Of a DNA stretch of 64,000 nucleotides, positions 55,998 to 64,000 are shown piece after piece (positions within the stretch are counted from its first letter, which is position 1; the number at the start of each line of letters is the position of its first letter). The notes beneath the pieces are model-generated. The model was not told where the DNA came from, did not search any database, and was given only the letters and a program-made list of their open reading frames with translations. Made by a program: the position numbers and the translations under genes. The stretch is taken from the NCBI RefSeq assembly GCF_009914755.1, contig NC_060926.1. One strand, given 5' to 3'. The stretch is from the human T2T-CHM13v2.0 reference genome, Homo sapiens.

Positions 55998-57379
55998 TGG
56001 AAACAGTTGCTTTCTGAAGGAAGTATAAAAACTCTATAGAGACCGGCATTCTTTTTTTTTTTTCCTCTAAAAAAATGCACTAAACCTCTAACTAATAAAA
56101 TATTTTTTGCTAGGGAAGAGAGGAACAATAAAGCTTTAAATATAATACCACATACACTATAAGACTGCCTCTTTTTAGACAAAAATAAAAATATTCTCAT
56201 TGACTGGTAGTACTTATGAAAGATTGGCTTTATTGTTGGAATCTCATAGGGAGGAGACCAAAGGACAGAAATTTAGAAAATGGAGAGGGAGAGAGGGAAA
56301 GAACTAGCTGGCTGCTTCTAATGTTTCTAGTACTTAGGTAATGAACTGTAGATAGGAGAAAGAGTAGTTCTTTGACTCACTAAATTAATTAATATACGTC
56401 TGTTTTAGTAAATAATTTCACTGAATTATTTAGTTTCCATCCCTAACTAGACTGAGCTTCTTGAGGGCAGAGATCTAGATGTGTGCATATGTGTATCTCT
56501 AGCATCTAGCACTGTGTCTAGCAACTAGGAGCTATTCACATACTTACGTGAATAAACAGGTATATTGAAGGCATAGGTTTAGAGAACTCTGTAGGGCCTT
56601 AGTGGGTCGGGAGTGTGTTTCTTTCTTGCACGCACAGTACTTTAAATGCTGAAATGTATAAATAGGATATAGTGAGTTGTAAAAGATTAAAATAAGTTAA
56701 ATAAAAAAGGAAAAGCCTTAGGTAAATCAGTTTGATGCAAGAAATGGCACAAATTAGATTCCTGTATTTAATATATAGTTAATATAAAATCTATTTTGAC
56801 ATTGTAATTCTTTATTCTTATCAGGTCGGTAACAATTGAGTAGAGGACATACAAAGGACATTTTGAAAATGCTGTCTGTACATCAGTGAATCCCAGTGTA
56901 GGTCCAGTGTTACGCATTCCTGTTTCAGATGATTGATTTTGCACATGATTACCAGGAATACTTTGTTGTCGTATACCATTTCTTAAATAAGAAGCTTCTT
57001 ATTTAAGTTGTTGCATAATGACTTCTATATAAATGTGTTTGGTATGTGTAAGTACAGAGAGAGAAATTTTAGAGCAAAACCTGTTGCTACATTTGAATTT
57101 TTTTTCCTTCTACAGGGTATCAGTTTTATAGTTCATAGTTTTGGTAGCACTATCCTAAGGGAATCTGGCCCATTCTGTTGCCAAGTTCAGTTCACATGGC
57201 TTGAGGGAACCTTCTTTGTATACAGCGTTATAACAATAAGCTAAGTTAGTCCATTATCTTATACTACCAGCATTTGAATTTATAATTACATACAAAACAT
57301 TGTGTAATAAACTAAGTTGGTAGCAAAGCAGATGGTCCAGTTGGGAATATTCCATTTCAAATAAGTGTAAAGAATTGTC

Positions 57380-57680
<301 letters not shown>

Positions 57681-57790
57681 TCAGCTATCGAGGATACTTT
57701 TTCGGTGGGTAATTGATTGATGATTTTTGATAACTGTGGTTTTATTGTGTATGCATTTGTTAAGTATAAAAGCAGAATTTGAAATAATTC

Positions 57791-58089
57791 TTTTATTTTT
57801 TGTTTTTGAGACACAGTCTCTCTTTGTCTCCCAGGAGAAGGGCAGTGGTGTGATCTTGGCTTGCTGCAGCCTCGATTTCCCAGGCTCAAGTGATCCTCCC
57901 ACCTCAGCCTTCTGGGTAGTTGGGACCACAGTCACTCACCACCACTCCTAGCTAATTTTTTGTATTTTTTGTAGAGACAGGACTTCGCCATGTTGCCTAG
58001 GCTGGTTTCAAACTCCTGGACTCAAGAACTCTGCCCTCCTTGGCCTCTTAAAGTGCTGGGATTACAGGCATGAGCCACCACACCTGGCT
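57791..58089 (-). mobile_element. Alu (AluJ-like)
   Basis: Reverse dimer; TSD TGAAATAATT. Confidence 0.9.
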
Positions 58090-58109
58090 GAAATAATTTT
58101 TTTTTTAAC

Positions 58110-59620
58110 TCTTTCCTCACAACTTTTTATTTTGAATAATATCATGCCTATGGAAAAGTAGTAAGAATGGTATATTGAACATCTGTATAATCTTGCATAG
58201 ATTCATTAATTGATACTTTGCTTTCTTGCTCTCTCTTTATATGTACTTTGAAAATTTCTGAACTATTTGAGGATTGCAGATATCATGATCATAACACTTA
58301 ACCTAAATGTTTCAGCATGTAATCATGCATCTTTTGGTAATAAACACATTCTTCTATGTAGCATGATCACACTCAGGAAATTTAGCATTGACACAATAAT
58401 ATTACCTAAAACTCAGTCTGTATTCCAGATTTCTCCAATTGTTCAAGCAAGTCCCTTATACTTTCTACCCTAACCCCCCGCCAAATCCATGATTGGATCA
58501 AGAGCTACACATTGCAGTAGGTTGTTTTATCTTTTTAAATCTACAACGCTCCCCCATCCTTTTACATCTACTCCTCACATTTTCGAAGAATCCAGGCAAA
58601 TTGTTTTTTAGAATGTTCCTCAATTTGGATTTGTCTCATTGTTTTAGTTTTATTTCATCACTAGATTCAAGTTAAACATTTTTGGCAAGAACACTATATA
58701 AGGTGTTATGTTCTCAGTATATGACATCAGGGTGTCTATGATACCAGTTTTGGTGATGTTAAATTTGATTATTTGGTTAAGGTGGGATATGACAGATTTC
58801 TCCATTGTAAAGATATCGTTTCCCCTTTGTAATTAATAAGTAATTTATGGGGTGATACTTTTGGATTATGTATCTTGTTACCCAACAACTCTCACCCAGT
58901 GATTTTAGCATTTGTTAAGTCTTGCCTGAATCAGTTATAGTAACTGTAAAATGGCATTTTTCTATTTCTGTTCTTCCTTCTATATTTATCATTAGATATT
59001 ATTTTTAAAAAGTTATTCCTCTCCCTCACTTAAAAACATTAGCATCACTCTGGACTTATGGATTTTTATTCAGAATATTATAATCTATTATTTATTTTGG
59101 AACTTAAGTTGTTTCATATTTCCTGATAGGAGTTTCTTTAAACTGCCTCTCTTTTTCTTTGACTAGTCCTCAGTTAGATTTTGAGGGCTTACTTCCTTAC
59201 TTACCAGTACAAGACATTTAGCCTCACCTTGTATTTTCCTTGCCCCAGCTCTGAAATCAGCCTTTTTTCTCCAGAGTCCTAATTTCTTTTAGTGAGGAAT
59301 AGTATATAGTAGGTTAAGTATATTCAGTGTTATTGGAGTATTTTGACTTCTAGGTTCTAGTGGATAATTTTTTAAAAATGAGATTAACCAATGCCTCTAA
59401 TTCTCATCCAGTACTGCAACCATCTCTGATGCCATATCTGACCTCTTGTGTCCTGTAGCCAGACTCCTGGTTCTCAACAATATTAATATTTATTCATTTG
59501 TTCAATCCTATAATAGACACAAAATAGTTTCAGAATGTTGCATCAAGACCACTGTCAACAACAAACTTTATAAAGTTCGGAGTTTTTTATATTTCTTTTG
59601 ATTTATCTTCAGTGTATTCT
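58110..59620 (-). mobile_element. Old L1 (L1MC/ME-like) 3' region
   Basis: TTTGAGGATTGCAGATATCATG, CAGGAAATTTAGCATTGA, GGTGATGTTAAATTTGATTATTTGGTTAAGGTG. Confidence 0.75.
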
Positions 59621-59622
59621 GC

Positions 59623-59938
59623 TGTGGTTAGCAAACTGTGGCCTGTGGGTCAAATCTGACCACCACCTTTTCAGTATGGCCTGTGAACTAAGAATGCTTT
59701 TTAAGTTTTTAAGTTCTTTTAAAAAATAAAAAATATTTCATGACCCATGAAAATTACATGAAATTCAGACTTCAATATCTGAATTTAGAATACAGCCATA
59801 CTCATTCGTTTACATATTGTTTATGGCTGCTTTCATGCTACATAGGTAGAATTAAGTAGTTATACCAGAGATCTTAATGGCCTGTAAAGCCTAAAATATT
59901 TTCTGCCTGGCTCCTTACTGAAAATGTTTGTCAATTTT
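59623..59938. mobile_element. MER58B-like hAT-Charlie element
   Basis: GGTTAGCAAACTGTGGCCTGTGGGTCAAATCTG ... AAAGCCTAAAATATT...GAAAATGTTTG. Confidence 0.8.
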
Positions 59939-60162
59939 AATACTATTATATTTAACAATTACTGGAATGCTTTTTTTCCTGCGTGATTGTGTTATATATT
60001 ATTAGATTCATTTATTTACTCAATTTTAGGGAGAAAGGAATTTTTTTTAAATGTTGGAAATTGGCAGTGATCGAATTTTAGAATTAGAAGGATATTTAGT
60101 GTTCCTGTAGTCCCACACTGTCCAGTAGGATAACCACTAGCCAAATGTAGCCATTTAAATTA

Positions 60163-60483
<321 letters not shown>

Positions 60484-60758
60484 TTCTTAAGTTATATGAG
60501 TCACATTTCAAATGTTTAGTCATCCTATGTGGCATGGTTCCTATATAGGACAGTACAGATTATAGATCACAAAAAGTTCTATCATTTTACAGATGAGGAA
60601 GTTGAGGTTCAGAAAAATGAAGTGACTGCTCCAAGGTAATAGATAGACAGTAACAGATTTAGAGTGAATCAGTGGCTTACTAGATATTACATTTGTTGTG
60701 ACATTTGTAATAGAAAAGAAAGACCCCTGTGTTAGGCTATGAAACCCCCCCACCCCCC

Positions 60759-61035
60759 TTTTTTTTTTTGAGACGACCTCACTCTGTCATCCAGGCTGGA
60801 GATCAGTGGTATGATGATGGCTCACTACAGCCTCAACCCCCCAGGCTCAAGCTATCCTCTCACCTCAGCCTACTGAGTAGCTGAGACCACAGGCATGTAC
60901 CACTACTCCCGGCTAATTAAAAAAAAAAATGTGTGGAGACAGGATCTCCCTATGTTCCCCAGGCTGGTCTTCAACTCCTGGGCTCAAGGGATCCTCCTGC
61001 CTTGGTATTACAGGTGTGAGCCACCACGCCTGGCT
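60759..61035 (-). mobile_element. Alu (AluJ-like)
   Basis: Reverse dimer with deletions. Confidence 0.9.
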
Positions 61036-61811
61036 GAAATCCCTTTTTTTTTTTTTTACTAAATTCCAGATGAGTGCATCATAGTAACATCGAAATATTT
61101 GTATTTTGAGAGCTTAATGATTGGTTGAAATGGGTGCCCTGTTTTTGCTGCTTTGCACTCATTTGCATTCATTCATTTGAGTTCAGTTTTCACTCATTCG
61201 TATTCATTCATTTTTGCAGTAAGGACGTTTTTCCATTTGTACATTGATTTAGGAACATAGGAAGCTATCGGGAAAGGTTAGAAAAACTGGGGTATGCTAA
61301 GTAAAACAACAACAAAACTATTGATTCTCTGTCCAGCTGTAATCCTTTTCCTGTTAATGTCACCAACATACATGAGCAGGGTTATTCTCTCATTTGTGAG
61401 CCCTTACTGTAACAAAGGTCTCAGTATATGTGATTGTGACTTCTTTTCCCCTTAATTTTCTGGGGCAAGTGTTGAGGTGGAGATTGCGGAAATAATATAT
61501 TGAGTGCAGTGAATCAGATTGAAGATTAGCAAACCTTACAAATAGTAATGTGTCTTTTTCAGTGATACCTTCAATTAGTTTAGGTGCTTCTGTGGTTGAC
61601 TTTGAAAATAACAATCAGAATAATTTCAGCATGAAGAAATAGAAATCATTATGATATGGTGGAAATCTTTGAGATTAGACAGATCTGGATTCAAGTACTA
61701 CTCTATTACTTTTGCCTGCGTAACCGTAGGCAAGCCACTTAATCCTTCTGAGGGGATTAACAAAAGGAACTGTCATTGTTTTAAGAATAAGTGACAGAAT
61801 GTGAGATGTTT

Positions 61812-62310
61812 AAGTTATTGTTGCTGCATAACCATGCCAACATTTAGTAGCATAAGTTAATCACCATTTTATTATTTACAGGATCTCTCAGTGAGGAATT
61901 CAAACAGGGTACAGGAGTGAGAGCTCTTTTCTGTTCCACAGTGTCTGCTTGCTCATTGGCAATGGCTGGGGGTTGGAACACTTGGAGGTGGGGGATCCAC
62001 TTCGCAGATTGCTTATTCATATGTCTAATGACTGAAGGATGGGCTCAGCTGGGACTGTTGAGCAGAGCACTTATGTATGGTTTCTCTATATGGCTTGGGC
62101 TTCTTAACAGCATGTTAGAAGCTGGGTTCTGAAGGGAAGCATCCTGAGAGTGAGTGTTCCAAGGGAGCTAGATAGAAGCTAAAGGGCTTTTCTGATGTAG
62201 TCTTAGAAGTCATATAGCATCACATCTACTGTACTCTGTTGGTCAAAGCAATTACAAGTCTCAAGCTTCTTCCCCCACCCCTCCTTCCCCAGAATCAAGA
62301 GAGGTGATGT
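61812..62310 (-). mobile_element. MaLR LTR (MLT1G/H-like)
   Basis: TATTGTTGCTGCATAAC, GGAATTCAAACAGGG, TGGCTTGGGCTTCTTAACAGCATG, TTGGTCAAAGCAATTACAAG. Confidence 0.7.
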
Positions 62311-62318
62311 AGACTCCC

Positions 62319-62882
<564 letters not shown>

Positions 62883-63058
62883 AGTCTTCTAACTCTTGAA
62901 GGGAGGAGTGTCTGGCATTAAAAGCAGCATAAGTCAAAGTTTCTAGTTTTATCAGTCTGGGTTCCTCATCCTTTCCATTTTTCTTCTATTCATTTTATGA
63001 TATTGAGGAAAAGAAACACCTCTAAACTTCCTCTTATACTGTTTGTTAACAGTAGATT

Positions 63059-63270
63059 AGAGTTTCTCAACTTTAGCACTATTGACATTTTGGACCAGAT
63101 CATTATTTGTATGATTGTCCTGTGCAATCCGTGATGTCTAATGGCGTCCCTGGCGTCTCTGCACTGGAGCCAGTAGCACTTTACCCTTCAATTGTGAGAA
63201 CCAAAAAATGTCTGCATACATTGCCAAGTGTTCCGTGGAGGACAAACTTGCCCCTGTTTGAGAACCACTG
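63059..63270. mobile_element. MER20 hAT-Charlie element
   Basis: TTTCTCAAC..AGCACTATTGACATTTTGG...AAAAATGTCT..ACATTGCCAA...TTGAGAACCACTG. Confidence 0.9.
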
Positions 63271-63277
63271 CTCTACA

Positions 63278-63442
63278 TTCGTGTTTCTCAAAGATATTGA
63301 TATGGACCAGCCACATTGATATCACTTGCGGGACTTACTGAAGTGTTATTTTTTCAGAATCTGGAATTGGGTCCCAAAAATCTGTATTTTTTAAAAACTC
63401 CTCAAGTGATTCTGATGCACACTTAAGTGAGAGAAATGCTGA
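63278..63442. mobile_element. MER5A-like element
   Basis: GTGTTTCTCAAAG..TGGACCAG...TCAGAATCT...AAGTGATTCTGATGCAC. Confidence 0.7.
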
Positions 63443-64000
63443 TATAGGTTATCCTTAAAAGCTGAATGACTAAGAGGTATATAAATGCTTTACTCACTGG
63501 TAATATACTGGTTTCAGGTCAGATTAATGGCATAGTAGAGTTGTTAAATATACTGTTATATATTATATATTATTTTGGGTTCCATTTCCATAGATTATTA
63601 GTGTAAATAGTATATCCATTCCTGTTTCATGAAATTTTTGTTTTTTAATTATTTTTCTCAGCTTTATTGTGAAAACTTTCAAACACAGAAAAATTAAAAG
63701 AATGATGCATATAATGAACACTTACATACTTTACCACTGAGAATCAAGAGCTGTTAAAATTTTGCCGTGTTTGCTTTGTGTGTGTGTGTCTACGTGTGTG
63801 AGAGAATGAGTGCACACGTGTGAGCAATCAGAGCTTTCCTGGTGTATATGAGAGAGAGACAGGGAGAGAGCAATCAGAAGTTTTCATGGTATGTATGAAA
63901 TCCAAGTAAAGGAGAGAGAGGTGTAGGATTCTGCAGTATAAGTGCTCCCATGTGGATAGACTGATCCATTCATCTTCACGGTATTTAATCAGGATACCTT

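Overview
This is primate, almost certainly human, genomic DNA. It is repeat-rich and contains no supportable protein-coding exon. The main feature is a CpG-island promoter (~37.4-38.55 kb) with a non-coding first exon on the + strand, ending at a strong donor (AAG|GTAAGA, 38429/38430), followed by about 25.5 kb of AT-rich intron 1. From memory of the mRNA 5' UTR I recognise the gene as PTPN4 (2q14.2); this is not database-checked and the coding exons lie outside the window. The first 37 kb is intergenic: Alu, MIR, L1, L2, MaLR/ERVL LTRs, hAT/Tigger DNA elements and a short poly(A)-tailed retrocopy. Intron 1 holds a full-length decayed Tigger2 with three nested Alus. The supplied ORFs are explained by Alus, LTRs, microsatellites, Tigger2 transposase remnants or chance GC-rich frames. 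I found no rRNA, tRNA, CRISPR or novel multi-gene system. The best leads are regulatory: three uORFs in exon 1, a U1-like sequence that could pair with the exon-1 donor, a candidate recursive splice site, a possible LTR-to-retrocopy transcription unit, and several small tandem duplications. Repeat subfamily names and boundaries are by eye and approximate.
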